NCBI GenBank assembly: GCA_051652765.1
Contig: JBOFUV010000115.1
Span: 1-64,000, forward strand
Direction: 5' to 3'
Origin: Microcoleaceae cyanobacterium
Lineage (GTDB): Bacteria; Cyanobacteriota; Cyanobacteriia; Cyanobacteriales; Microcoleaceae
DNA: 64,000 bases
Shown: in pieces, positions 1-11,100 of the stretch
How the letters are laid out: every line of letters begins with the position of its first letter
How positions within the stretch are numbered: position 1 is the first letter of the stretch
Notes under the pieces: generated by a model
Databases searched by the model: none
What the model saw: only the letters and a program-made list of their open reading frames with translations
What the model was told of the DNA's origin: nothing
Program-made: the position numbers and the translations under genes

Positions 1-248
1 AAACTTGATTGGGTTGTGTCGGTTGGCCTCGAACTTGAAGCTCAAGGTTCTTGAAGGTTTATTGGATTACTGAGGGTCAACTCAACCTATCATTTTGATT
101 TAGACAAACTACTCTCTAGCCAAAAATTTGGCTAGAGAAAAGTATTCAAAGTTCAACAGATATGGTATCTGTGAAGGGTGCTAGGTCATATTGATGGGTT
201 TCATTCCAGCACTTAGCGCTGTCCTTTAGTCATCTGCACTCTCTAACG

Positions 249-2015
249 ATGTCATCTATTCCCCAAATGATGCCCAAAACCAAACCCTCTCCGCTCTTGC
301 CCCTGGGATTGGCTGCCCTTCTGGTGGGTGGCAGTGTTGGAGCCTATTATGCGTTTGTCTCCAAACAAGCTGTTGAGGGACTCCCAGTTGGTGCAGCGGT
401 TTTGCCTCAAGATGTCATGGTTGCCCTGTCCCTTTCGACCGAACCAAAGCAATGGGAAAGGTTACAGCAGTATGGCACTACCGATTCAAAAGCAGCGCTA
501 GACAAGTTTTTGCAAGGATGGCGCGATCGCTTCTTTACGGAAAAGGGCTACGACTTCCAAAAAGACATTCAACCTTGGGTCGGAGATAAGGTAATGCTCG
601 CTTGGCTACCCAACCAAACCTTGGCTTCTGGTCAGCCCCCCCAACCCGGAACCCCTCTCGCCTCTCCCAATCAATCTGCCTTGGTTGCTATTTTGCCCAT
701 TGCTGATCCAGGAAAGGCTCAAGAAATTCTGGCTCAGCCTCGCCTACTGACTGAGGGAGATGTGGTCGAGCGTACCTATCGTGGGATTAATATCATTGAA
801 ACCCAGAATGCCTCTGTAGAGCAAAACTACTCTGTTGCCGTCCTCGGTCGAGAGTTTCTGGTTGTTGCGAATGATACTAGCGCCCTAGATCGGATTATTG
901 ATACCTATCGGGGAGAAGCGTCTTTGGGGAAAACCCCTGGGTATGCCAGTGCCGTTCAGAAAATTGAAATCCCTCGAACCTTTGCTCAGGTCTATCTCAA
1001 TGTTCCAGTTGCAGCGAGTGTGGCTTCTTTTACGTCAAGCCAGCCCATCCCGCCCGCCAGCTTAGAAAAGCTGCAACAAACCCAGGGCTTTGCCTCGAAC
1101 GTCATGCTAGAGCCTGAAGGTTTAGCCTTTAAAGGGATATCTTGGTTGAAGCCCAATAGCCAGCGTACCCTCAAGGTTGAGAATCAGGCAAAAACCATGC
1201 TGAAAAGGGTTCCCGACAATGCCATTATGGTTGTCTCTGGGGGCAGCCTCCAAAAACTCTGGCAAGATTATACTCAAGGGGCCCAAGCAAATCCCATCGC
1301 TCCCTTCAATCCTGAAGCATTGGTCAAGAGTTTAAAGCAATCTACCACCTTAGACTTGAATCAAGATATTCTCAGTTGGATGAATGGAGAGTTTGCCCTG
1401 TCCCTGATTCCAGCACCTCCCGAGAAAGACACCCCCCAAAAGTTTTCGGCTGGATTTGCTCTGATGGCCCAAGTTAGCAATCGGAATGCAGCAGAAGAAG
1501 CCCTGAAAAAACTGGATGAGTCAGTTAAGGTACAAAACTTTAAGGTCGGTGAAGCCAAGATTCAAGGTAAGCCGATTACCCAGTGGACATCTCCCTATGG
1601 GGGCTTTACCGTAACACGGGGTTGGTTGGAGAATAACGTTTTGTTTGCAACGTTAGGGGCCCCCATTGCGGAGCAGTTTGTTCCTACCCCTGAGGTTTCT
1701 ATTACCACTGACCCGCTATTCAAGCAAACCTTACCCCCAGAGCCCAATCCAAACAACGGCAACTTTTTTCTCAATGTAGAGCAGGCATTTGATCGACAGA
1801 ACCTTTCCCTGCCTCAATTGCCTCCCCATCAACAAGTCTGGGTTAATGCAATCCAGTCCATTGGAGTAACGGCAGCGGTGAATAATGAACGGACAACTCG
1901 TTACGACACTTTTGTGCGGCTAAAAACAGCAAATCCTCTACCAGAAGGAGATACAAAGAATCCAGAACAGCCCCAAGATTCTTCGGCCTCAGACCGTGAG
2001 GAGAAGAAAAATTAG
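249..2015 (+). CDS. DUF3352-type membrane-anchored protein
   Basis: 588-aa ORF with an N-terminal TM segment; the motifs 'DIQPWVG' and 'DILSWMNGEFAL' resemble cyanobacterial DUF3352 proteins. Confidence 0.75.
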   Translation: MSSIPQMMPKTKPSPLLPLGLAALLVGGSVGAYYAFVSKQAVEGLPVGAAVLPQDVMVALSLSTEPKQWERLQQYGTTDSKAALDKFLQGWRDRFFTEKGYDFQKDIQPWVGDKVMLAWLPNQTLASGQPPQPGTPLASPNQSALVAILPIADPGKAQEILAQPRLLTEGDVVERTYRGINIIETQNASVEQNYSVAVLGREFLVVANDTSALDRIIDTYRGEASLGKTPGYASAVQKIEIPRTFAQVYLNVPVAASVASFTSSQPIPPASLEKLQQTQGFASNVMLEPEGLAFKGISWLKPNSQRTLKVENQAKTMLKRVPDNAIMVVSGGSLQKLWQDYTQGAQANPIAPFNPEALVKSLKQSTTLDLNQDILSWMNGEFALSLIPAPPEKDTPQKFSAGFALMAQVSNRNAAEEALKKLDESVKVQNFKVGEAKIQGKPITQWTSPYGGFTVTRGWLENNVLFATLGAPIAEQFVPTPEVSITTDPLFKQTLPPEPNPNNGNFFLNVEQAFDRQNLSLPQLPPHQQVWVNAIQSIGVTAAVNNERTTRYDTFVRLKTANPLPEGDTKNPEQPQDSSASDREEKKN

Positions 2016-2244
2016 CTGGAATGAGGCTAACTGGAATGGGTTCAATGCTTGGAGTCGTAGGTTAGCCAAGTTAGATCGGTTGTACTCAGTTCAGTTCTGG
2101 CAGCAGCACGACTTCAGGTCAATTTCTCCCAACTGTCCCTGAGTAAGAGGAGATATTGTAGTCAGGAGAACATCCTGCTGCTTTGGTTCAACACCCGATT
2201 GGCATGAGTTGAATCAAGGGTAGACCTCTTGCCTGTGCCACACC

Positions 2245-2820
2245 TTAACTCTTGGCTTGAATCACACCACACCCTAGTCGCCCTCCTCCAGCTCCACCTT
2301 TCACCCCAGTTGTGCCTTTGTCTTCATCGACATGAACAATCATGGTGCTACCATTATCATCCAATATGCTCAACGGCCCCGATGTTAGAGTAATACGGCT
2401 AGTGCGGTGAATAACAGTTGCTTTTCCACTAGCATCAGCAACAAGATTGGGCAAATCTCCCATATGAAACGGGTGATTTGCGTCAGGATTACTCTCGCCG
2501 TAAGGCCCTGGATCAAAATGTCCTCCTGCTGCACCAAAGTCAGGGGCACAGGTTCCTATTTCATGAATATGCAATCCGTGTATCGTGTTAGGGGGCAATC
2601 CGGTGACTTCTGCCCTAACTTCAACGGTGGGTAAAATCCCCTCTGGTTGTTCCTGAATAAACGTGACAGTCCCAGTAACCTGGTTGTCTGGAGCATTCAC
2701 AATAGTTGCAGTAGCGACAATCTTAGGACTTGACTCTGATAATGTGGGTCGTTGGCCACAGCCAATAATGGCAATTATGCTGAATAGACCGGCCAATAGA
2801 ATAATTACAAGCTTTTTCAT
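2245..2820 (-). CDS. sodC: Cu/Zn superoxide dismutase, predicted lipoprotein
   Basis: Metal-ligand motifs HGLHIHE, GGHF, NHPFHMGDL, IVH and C-terminal GGRLGCGVI. Start taken at MKKLVII (ATG 2820), followed by a hydrophobic stretch and lipobox IIGC. Confidence 0.9.
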   Translation of the reverse strand: MKKLVIILLAGLFSIIAIIGCGQRPTLSESSPKIVATATIVNAPDNQVTGTVTFIQEQPEGILPTVEVRAEVTGLPPNTIHGLHIHEIGTCAPDFGAAGGHFDPGPYGESNPDANHPFHMGDLPNLVADASGKATVIHRTSRITLTSGPLSILDDNGSTMIVHVDEDKGTTGVKGGAGGGRLGCGVIQAKS

Positions 2821-2885
2821 GACAGTTTTAGGAGTATTTGAGTTAAAAATTCTCAAAGTTTGACACGCTGTCTTAGAGATATCAC

Positions 2886-2932
2886 AGATAAGGATTCTCG
2901 AGCAAACTAAACCTGCTTGAGAATCCTTATCT
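2886..2932. terminator. Long inverted repeat / stem-loop upstream of sodC
   Basis: AGATAAGGATTCTCGAGCA-aactaaacc-TGCTTGAGAATCCTTATCT: 19-bp stem with one non-Watson-Crick pair and no clear U-tract. Confidence 0.45.
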
Positions 2933-3144
2933 AGTTCAGGTCAATTCCCTGGCCCTATCAACTCCAAGGTAGCCATTCTAAAGCAACTCATCTGAGGTAT
3001 TCTTGCCTGTGTTGACGAGAATTTAAACTGAGATCAAGGAACTGAAATCAAGGAGAGGCGTAAAGATTTGGGGTGTTGAAACTATAGTCGAGAGCAGTCA
3101 ATACAGTTAGACAATACAAGTTAGACAATACAGTTAGAAAAAGC

Positions 3145-3366
3145 TTAAAAAAAGCTAGACTCCTTTGAACAACTGACTCGGAGCAAGCGCAACATTCCAA
3201 ACACAACCAAAAGCTGAACACTCCAATGGGCAAACGCAAAGCCCCAGACCAAACAAGCAACCCCGGTCAAACCTGCTAAAACTTTAGGAATATCTTCGGA
3301 AGTTTGTAAATACATCCAGACGGAACCAACCGTAAATGCAATCAGGACAGGATACATAGAGGGCAT
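3145..3366 (-). CDS. Small hydrophobic membrane protein
   Basis: 73-aa ORF with 2-3 hydrophobic segments and an AGGAGG RBS upstream. Confidence 0.65.
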   Translation of the reverse strand: MPSMYPVLIAFTVGSVWMYLQTSEDIPKVLAGLTGVACLVWGFAFAHWSVQLLVVFGMLRLLRVSCSKESSFF

Positions 3367-3460
3367 TGTGCACTACCTCCTGAAATTTATCCGATCACGC
3401 CAATTATTACACGTTCTAAACTATTACATGTTCTAAACTATACACGTTCTAAACGACTGC

Positions 3461-4243
3461 CTAAAACACTGCATTGTGCAAGTCTGCTGGAACTAGATTG
3501 CTATGAACGACTTGGCCATCCTTGAACCAAACAACCCGTTTGGTCTGGCGGGCAACGTCAGGCTCGTGAGTCACCATCACAACGGTAATTCCAGTCCCAT
3601 TCAGTTCTGTAAAAATATCCATGACTTCTTGAGTTGTTTTGGAGTCTAAGGCTCCAGTTGGCTCGTCTGCCAGGAGTAATACGGGCCGATTCACAATGGC
3701 ACGGGCGATCGCCACCCGCTGTTGCTGACCGCCAGAAAGTTGATTAGGTCTATTATTGAGTCGCTGTCCCAGGCCAATTCGAACTAAGGCTTGAGTCGCT
3801 CGTTCTCGCCGTTCAGCCTTGGGAACTCCGGCGTAGAGCATGGGCAGCATGACATTATCCAAGGCCGATAACTGAGGCAACAGATGAAACTGCTGGAAGA
3901 CAAACCCAATTTTGAGGTTGCGGATTTTTGCCAAATCAGTTTCGGACATCTGGGAGACGTTAGTGCCATCTAGGTAGTAATTCCCAGCTGTGGGGCGGTC
4001 GAGACAGCCAATGATATTCATAGCAGTGGATTTTCCTGAACCCGAAGCCCCCATAATGGCGCAATATTCACCCTCGTTAACGGTTAGGCTGACCCCATTC
4101 AAGGCTCGGACTTCAATATCTCCCATGCCATAGACTTTAGTAATCATTTCGAGCTGAATAATCGCCTTCTGCTGAAGTGAATTAGAGCTATCTTGAACAT
4201 CAGAGTTGTCTTGAAGCAGTGATGGGGAGAGTTCTGTGGTCAT
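3461..4243 (-). CDS. ABC transporter ATP-binding protein (MacB/LolD family)
   Basis: Walker A GASGSGKST, signature LSGGQQQRVAIARA, Walker B LLLADEPTGALD. Confidence 0.95.
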   Translation of the reverse strand: MTTELSPSLLQDNSDVQDSSNSLQQKAIIQLEMITKVYGMGDIEVRALNGVSLTVNEGEYCAIMGASGSGKSTAMNIIGCLDRPTAGNYYLDGTNVSQMSETDLAKIRNLKIGFVFQQFHLLPQLSALDNVMLPMLYAGVPKAERRERATQALVRIGLGQRLNNRPNQLSGGQQQRVAIARAIVNRPVLLLADEPTGALDSKTTQEVMDIFTELNGTGITVVMVTHEPDVARQTKRVVWFKDGQVVHSNLVPADLHNAVF

Positions 4244-4293
4244 GGGTTGCTAGGGATGGGTAAGGATTTTAGAGCAGGTTTTAGGGTCAATTT

Positions 4294-5511
4294 CTACGCA
4301 CTTCTCAACGCAACAATCGGGTCAAGCCCTGCTGCACGACGGGCAGGAACCACCCCAAAGAACAGGCCAATTCCTCCCGAAACTCCAACAGTGAGCAGGA
4401 TGGCTGTTGCCGAAACTCCCGCTTCCAAAGGGGTGAATGCGCCGAGGATCAAAATGCCCCCAACCCCAACGGCAGTTCCAACCAATCCCCCAGCAGCGGC
4501 CAGAATCACAGCTTCAATCATGAACTGAACCAGAATATCCTGTTGAGAGGCACCAATTGCTTTGCGTAAACCAATTTCTTGCGTCCGTTCGGTCACAGAG
4601 ACCAACATAATATTCATAATCCCAATTCCCCCAACAAATAGAGAAATTGCCGCCGTTGAGGCTAATAAAATAGTGAGGGCTCCTGTAATTCTTCCCAGAA
4701 TATTCATCAGATCCTTCTGGTTCCGAACGGTGAAATCGTCCTCATCAGTAATTTTGTGCCGCAGACGCAACAAGTTCTCAATCTGAAATTGGGCCGCTCG
4801 CATACTGTCTTGATCTTTAATCGAAGCTGAAATAAAGGTGACTTGAATGCCGTAGGGAGAGGTACGACCGACAACTCGATTTGCCATTGTGGTCAGGGGC
4901 AGGAAGGCGTTCATATCTTCGTTTGAGCCGAAACTGGTGCCCTTGGGCTGCATCACACCAACGACTTTCAAACTAATATTTTTTAGCCTGACTTGCTTGC
5001 CGAGGGGGTCTTCACTGCCAAACAATTTCTCTGCCAGTTCTGATCCTAACGCCACAACATTTTCTTGTCGCTTCAAGTCTAAATCAGTCAGAAATCGACC
5101 TTGGGCCACATCAAAACTCCGCACCGATAGAAATTCAGGGGTCGTTCCCACAACTGAGGCCGAGGCATTTTTATTGCGATAGGAGATCAAATCACTGCTG
5201 TTTAACGTGGGGGCAACCTCTTCCACGGAAGGCACTTGAGTTGCGATCGCCTCAGCATCTGCCAGCACCAAATTCTGGGGCGGATAGACTGGGCGGCTCT
5301 GAGCCTCTGGGCTGCCGGGAAGAATAAACAGAATATTCGGCCCCAAAGAATTGACCTGGTCGCTTACAAAGGTTTGCACCCCTTCCCCAATGCCAACCAT
5401 GCCAATGACGGAAGCATTGCCAATAATAATTCCTAGCATCGTTAAACTACTTCTTAGCTTGTTGGCCAAGAGAGTTGAAGCAGACATTTGTAAACTTTCG
5501 AGGAGGTTCAT
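4294..5511 (-). CDS. ABC transporter permease (MacB/FtsX family)
   Basis: Motifs 'LRSSLTMLGIIIG', 'GIMNIMLVSVTERTQEIGLRKAIGA' and 'PARRAAGLDPIVALR'. Confidence 0.95.
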   Translation of the reverse strand: MNLLESLQMSASTLLANKLRSSLTMLGIIIGNASVIGMVGIGEGVQTFVSDQVNSLGPNILFILPGSPEAQSRPVYPPQNLVLADAEAIATQVPSVEEVAPTLNSSDLISYRNKNASASVVGTTPEFLSVRSFDVAQGRFLTDLDLKRQENVVALGSELAEKLFGSEDPLGKQVRLKNISLKVVGVMQPKGTSFGSNEDMNAFLPLTTMANRVVGRTSPYGIQVTFISASIKDQDSMRAAQFQIENLLRLRHKITDEDDFTVRNQKDLMNILGRITGALTILLASTAAISLFVGGIGIMNIMLVSVTERTQEIGLRKAIGASQQDILVQFMIEAVILAAAGGLVGTAVGVGGILILGAFTPLEAGVSATAILLTVGVSGGIGLFFGVVPARRAAGLDPIVALRSA

Positions 5512-7316
5512 GATTCTAATTTCTCCTGACCCACAATTTTCTCCAACTTTTGTCCTTCAGGGAGTTCAATGAAGACCTGTGTGCCCGCTTGCACCCCATC
5601 TAGAATTTGAATTTGATTCCCAATCGTTGAACCCACGGTGACGGGTTTAAATTCCGGTTGATTTTTCTCGTTTGGCACCAAGACCCCGGTTTCGCCTTTA
5701 TTCGTAACAATCGCTACCGTTGGCACTACCAAGGCGTTGTCCAGCTTACTACCCACAAACTGGAGATCAACGTTCATGCCGGACTGCAATTTGTCTTCCC
5801 CGGAGATAATGTCAATGCGAGCTTGGAACAAGGTCACATCCCGCTCTTTAACCGCCTCTGGAGCGACCAATTGAACTCGGCCTTCAAACACTTGATCAGG
5901 GTAAGCATCAGCGACAATTTCTACGGATTGATTCGGCTGAATTTGTCCAATATCCGCCTCTGGAATTTTGGCCAAGACCTCTAAATCCTGGGCCAAGGCC
6001 ACAATAGACGTTGAAGTTGCTGATGACGCTTCCGAAGCCGAAGTAGCCGGGGTCACGAAGGCCCCCTCAACGGCATACCGTTGGGTAATAATCCCCGCAA
6101 AGGGCGCACGCACCTCAGTATCTTCGAGTTGAGTTTGATAATACTGAACTTGTCCCTGGGCCTCTCGCACATCTGCTTGGGCCGCGACAATATCCTCAGA
6201 ACGACTGCCATTTTGCAGCTCATCTAATTTACTCTGGGTCTCAGCCACTTCTGCCTTGGCCCGAGCCACTTCCTCAGGACGAGACCCATTTTGCAGCTTG
6301 AGCAGGTTTTGGCGCTGTTGCTCAACGGTGGCCTGCAACTGCTCAACCTGCGATCGCTGGCTTTGTTGCAGTTGGGCAATCCGCTCCTGGGTTTGATTGA
6401 CAATCGCGTTTAACCGTCGTTTGTCCCGGATGAACTCTTCCAAAGAATCTTGGGAAATCGCCCCTTCTTGTCTCAGGCTTTGGTTGCGCTGTACTCGATC
6501 TTGGGCGAGTTGTAGCTCTGCGGTGTTGGCTTCTAACTGGAACTTGGCCTGGGCAATTTCATCCTGCAAACTCCCCGACTGAGCATCAGACAGACGAAAC
6601 TGGGCCTCGGACAACTGGGCTTGAGCGGCTGCAACTTCTTCGGAACGGGTTCCCGCCTGGATCTCTGCCAACTTTGCTTGGGATTGATTGACTCTAGCTT
6701 GGGCAGCGGCAATTTCTTCGGGACGAGTGCCAACTTGCAATTTTTCTAGGTTTGCCTGGGAACGCGCTAGCCGAGCTTGGGCCTGCAATAATTGCGCTTC
6801 AAGTTCACGGCCCTCCATTTTGGCAACGACCTGGCCTGCCTCAACGCGATCGCCTTGCTCCACGTAAAGTTTTTCTAAGCGCCCTTGGGTTTTGGGACTG
6901 AGGTTGACTCGCCGCACGGGTTGGACAACACCACTCCCACTAATCCGTACCGTTAAATCCTGGGTTTCTACAGGAACCGTCAAACTTGCTAGAACTTCTG
7001 CATCGACCTGGGTTTGTTGTTTTGTGAGGTACCAGGCCACGGGGACTGTAGCCAGACCTGCCAACAGCAACCCAAGCAAGCCCCATTTCAAGGGACGAAA
7101 AGGTTTCTGCGGAGCAACTTTTTGGGGTGCTACAGGTTCATTCGGCTTCAAACTCTCTGATTGAGCCACCATGACAGCCTGGGGATGAACCACCGTACTG
7201 TCGAGGGGTTCAGGGCTCACACCGATAGAGCCGTTGCGTTGTAGCGTTTCTTCCTGGCCGGACAACATTAAAATTTTCTCCAACTCGTTGTTGAGCAGAG
7301 CAGAGAGTTTTATCAA
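5508..7316 (-). CDS. Efflux membrane-fusion / periplasmic adaptor protein (HlyD/MacA family) with long coiled coil; start uncertain
   Basis: TM segment, lipoyl-like halves 'VEQGDRVEAGQ' and 'VRAPFAG', repeated G(T/S)R(P/S)EE coiled-coil units; first gene of an operon with the permease and ATPase. Confidence 0.9.
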   Translation of the reverse strand: MIKLSALLNNELEKILMLSGQEETLQRNGSIGVSPEPLDSTVVHPQAVMVAQSESLKPNEPVAPQKVAPQKPFRPLKWGLLGLLLAGLATVPVAWYLTKQQTQVDAEVLASLTVPVETQDLTVRISGSGVVQPVRRVNLSPKTQGRLEKLYVEQGDRVEAGQVVAKMEGRELEAQLLQAQARLARSQANLEKLQVGTRPEEIAAAQARVNQSQAKLAEIQAGTRSEEVAAAQAQLSEAQFRLSDAQSGSLQDEIAQAKFQLEANTAELQLAQDRVQRNQSLRQEGAISQDSLEEFIRDKRRLNAIVNQTQERIAQLQQSQRSQVEQLQATVEQQRQNLLKLQNGSRPEEVARAKAEVAETQSKLDELQNGSRSEDIVAAQADVREAQGQVQYYQTQLEDTEVRAPFAGIITQRYAVEGAFVTPATSASEASSATSTSIVALAQDLEVLAKIPEADIGQIQPNQSVEIVADAYPDQVFEGRVQLVAPEAVKERDVTLFQARIDIISGEDKLQSGMNVDLQFVGSKLDNALVVPTVAIVTNKGETGVLVPNEKNQPEFKPVTVGSTIGNQIQILDGVQAGTQVFIELPEGQKLEKIVGQEKLES

Positions 7317-8188
7317 CGGTCTGTTTCTGACTCTAAGATTATTTTAACAATCCGTAACAAATAAAAACAGAATTCTATATTCCACCTTGTAGGGTGTCCT
7401 ATAGCCGGGGGACAGTTGGGCCTAGAGCCTATTGTTCAGTCCTGTTTCCCAGTCCCGTTCCTTCGAGTTTTGGCAATATTGAGGAAAGCACAGAAACGAG
7501 TTTAGCCTGTGACAGTTTGCAAACTGTCCTACTTCTTGCTCATTCTACAGTGGTCTAATTTGAGGCATAAACACATGAGCCTTAGTTCTTTCTCTGGGCA
7601 ATTGAAGCGGACAGTATTTAACTAAAGATTTATCTTTCCTTAACCTTTTAAACTTAACATTCTAAGTGAGGCAAATACTGATGTTTACACTACAGTTTTG
7701 ATTCTGTTCTTAGAGAGAGTGTTCATCGTTTCTTCCCGGAATGAAACCAGACTTGAATTGAGTTGTGCGTTAATGACTTGGCTGCAGGCTAAGTTTTTAT
7801 TGTCAACTCAACAAAGCCCTTGACAGTTGGCTTGAGAATGTTGGGTCTTGCCAGTTCGACACTAACCCCATAGCAACCTGATTTGAAGTGTGAACTTTGA
7901 GGTGTGAACTTTGAAGTGTGAACGTGGGATAAGCGTCTGCTCGCGCAGGTTAGAAGCTTACGCCACAAACAGTTCACAAATTGTTTCTGCTTGTTACCTG
8001 TAATCGAATCTTAGAGATCTGTGCAGAATTCTAGTCAATAGAATTCTGAGTTTTTTTGGTGCATCTAGATTAACAATTTACATCCGCAGTCTACTGGTCT
8101 CAACCAAAGTTTTGAGCAAGACTTTGAGCAAAGTTTTGAGGGAAAACATCGTACATGCAAGTCACTTAACCCGAGAGGAAATTCACCC

Positions 8189-11100
8189 ATGGCAACAATT
8201 CTCACGTATACATCCGCAAGCGGAATTTCTCTTGCCCCGTCTACCCAAGGGGTTGGAGTAACCGGTTTAGATTTAACTCGGGGTTCAGGAATTATTTCAG
8301 CAACCGGGAGTACGTTTAATTCCAGTGGATGGAACGATAGTGTCGATCTCCCCGGCGCGATCGCCAACAACGATTTTTTACAGTGGGGTTTTAACTCAAC
8401 AACCGCTTATGACCTGTCTGATTTAGATATTCGTTACGACCGTTCAGGAACTGGCCCCAATCAAGTCAATATTCAGATTTCGGTGAATGGCGGAGCCTTT
8501 CAAAGCTTCTTTTCTGATAGTAGTGTGAGTGATGTAGGGGAGAATAATCCAGACTTGAATTTGTCTGGGTTCACAAATGTTACCGCTGCAACGTTTCGTC
8601 TGTATGGCTTTGGGGCAACTGCTGCGGCTGGAACGTTTGACATTGAGAATGCCCTCGATTTTGGTAATACCGGGATTGTGCTTTCTGGAACTGAGAGCGG
8701 TGGTGGTGGCACTGTTCCAACGGTGAGTATTGCTGCAACTGATGCTGAGGCAGCGGAAGCGGGACAAAATCCTGGTACGTTTACCATCAGTCGCACAGGG
8801 GAAACAACCAATGCTCTGACCGTTAACTATGCTGTTGGTGGAGTTGCAACCAATGGCACAGACTACACTCCAACCCTGAGCAACACCGTGAGCATTCCGG
8901 CAGGTGAGTCTGCTGTAGCCATCACGGTTACTCCCGTAGATGATAACGATGTAGAACCGACTGAAACTGCAATCCTGACCCTAACTGATACGGCTGACTA
9001 CAACTTAGGGACTGCCAGTGCCACAGTGAATATCGCGGATAATGACACTATCGTTACCCTGACTCCAATTTATGAAATTCAGGGAGATGGGGATGACTTT
9101 AGCTCCCCAGTTTATGCATCGCCGCAGCTTGGGAATCAAGTTACAACCCAGGGAATTGTGACCGCGATTGACTCTAATGGTTTCTATATTCAAGATCCCG
9201 ACGGAGATAGCAACAACGATACCTCTGACGGCATCTTCGTCTTTACCAACTCAGCGCCTACAGTAACCTTGGGGAGTGCCGTACAGGTCAAAGGAACCGT
9301 GGCTGAGTTCTTCCAAGCCACTCAGATTGCTTCTATCACCCAGATTACGCCAATCTCAAACCCGTTTACAAACAGTTCAGTTGCACCAATTGTGCTGGGA
9401 ACAGACCGGGTTCCACCCACAGAAATTGTGGATGATGCTGGGTCTAACGATTATGACGTGACTCGGGATGGTCGGGACTTTTGGGAAAGCCTAGAGGGCA
9501 TGTTAGTCACCCTGCCTGATGCGGTAGCTGTCGGTTTAACGAACCAATTTGATGAATTCTATGCGATCGCCAATCAAGGCACAGGGTCAACGGGAGCAAA
9601 CCCTCGCGGTGGGATTACGGTTCGGGACGACAATAGCCCCAATAACCCCATCGGCGCAGATCTCAATCCTGAGCGGATTCAGATTGATGAAGATCTGGTG
9701 ACCAGCAACAACCCCGATGTGAATGTAGGGGACTTGCTGGGGGACATCACCGGAATTATTGATTTCAACTTTGATGACTATTCCATCGTTCCCCTAAGCC
9801 CAGTTTCAGCAACTTCTGGGGGCCTAACCCGTGAAACCACAACCCTCACCGGGGACGGCGATCGCTTAACTGTTGCTGGCTTCAACGTCGAAAATCTTGA
9901 TCCCTCCGATGGCAGTCGTTTTGATGCCATTGCCAGTCAGATTGTGAACAATCTTCAAGCTCCTGATGTTATCGGGTTGCAAGAGGTACAGGACAATGAC
10001 GGCGCAAGCAACACCAACGTGACGGCAGCCAACGTAACCCTGCAACAGCTTGTTGATCAGATTGTTGCCGCAGGTGGCCCAACCTATGAATTCATCGATA
10101 ATCCCTTTATTGGCGATGATACCAACGGCGGCGAACCCGGTGGCAATATCCGCACGGCTTTTTTGTACAATCCCACTCGGGTTGAGGTTGTAGCGGGGTC
10201 GATTCAGACCGTGACTGACCCAACGGATCAGCAAACCAACCCTAATAATCCCTTCTTTGGCAGTCGCCTGCCTTTGGTGGCAACCTTTACCTTCAACGAT
10301 CAGGCCGTGACCTTGATCAACAATCATTTCTCTTCCAAGGGCGGCAGTGATCCGTTATTTGGCAATAGTCAGCCTCCAGTGAACGGGAGCCTAGACGAAC
10401 GGGAAGACCAAGCAACAGCAGTTAATGGGTTTGTGGGCGGTCTCTTGAATACTGATTCAGGGGCGAACATTATCACCCTTGGGGATCTAAACGAGTTTCA
10501 GTTCTTCTCTCCTCTGGAAACCCTGGAGCAGAACCTAACCAATCTCACTGAGACTTTGCCTGAGAATGAGCGGTATACCTTCAACTTTGAGGGGAACTCT
10601 CAAGCCCTGGATCATATATTAGTCAGCAGCAGTCTGACGGCGGATGCTGAATATGACATCGTTCATATCAATAGCGAATTTGACAATCAGGTCAGCGACC
10701 ATGATCCCCCAGTCGCTCGCTTTACCCTGGTTCGCCCCAACGCCGCTCCGATCGCAGTTGCTGATACGTTCACAACGGATGAGGACACAACCTTCGTCAC
10801 GGGCAACGTCCTGAATAATGATTCTGACCCCGATGGCGATTCCTTAAATATTGTCAGCATTGACACGACCGGAACGTTGGGTACCGTGACAGATAACGGT
10901 GACGGCACGTTCACCTATAACCCCAACGGTCAGTTCGAGGCTCTGAATGATGGGCAAACCGCGACGGACTCCTTCTCTTACACAATTAACGATGGCAATG
11001 GCGGTACGGATACCGCAACTGTTACCGTAACTATTGATGGAGTCAGCGATGCTGTTGTGATTAGCGGCACTCGTAACAACGACAATCTCCAAGGCACTTC

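Noticed and set aside
523..530. Frequent GCGATCGC octamer throughout the window
   Set aside because: This is HIP1, a well-known cyanobacterial feature; used only as a taxonomic clue.
7343..7362. HLR1-like TTAACAAT-cc-GTAACAAA upstream of the efflux operon
   Set aside because: Both halves deviate from consensus in AT-rich DNA; too weak to call.
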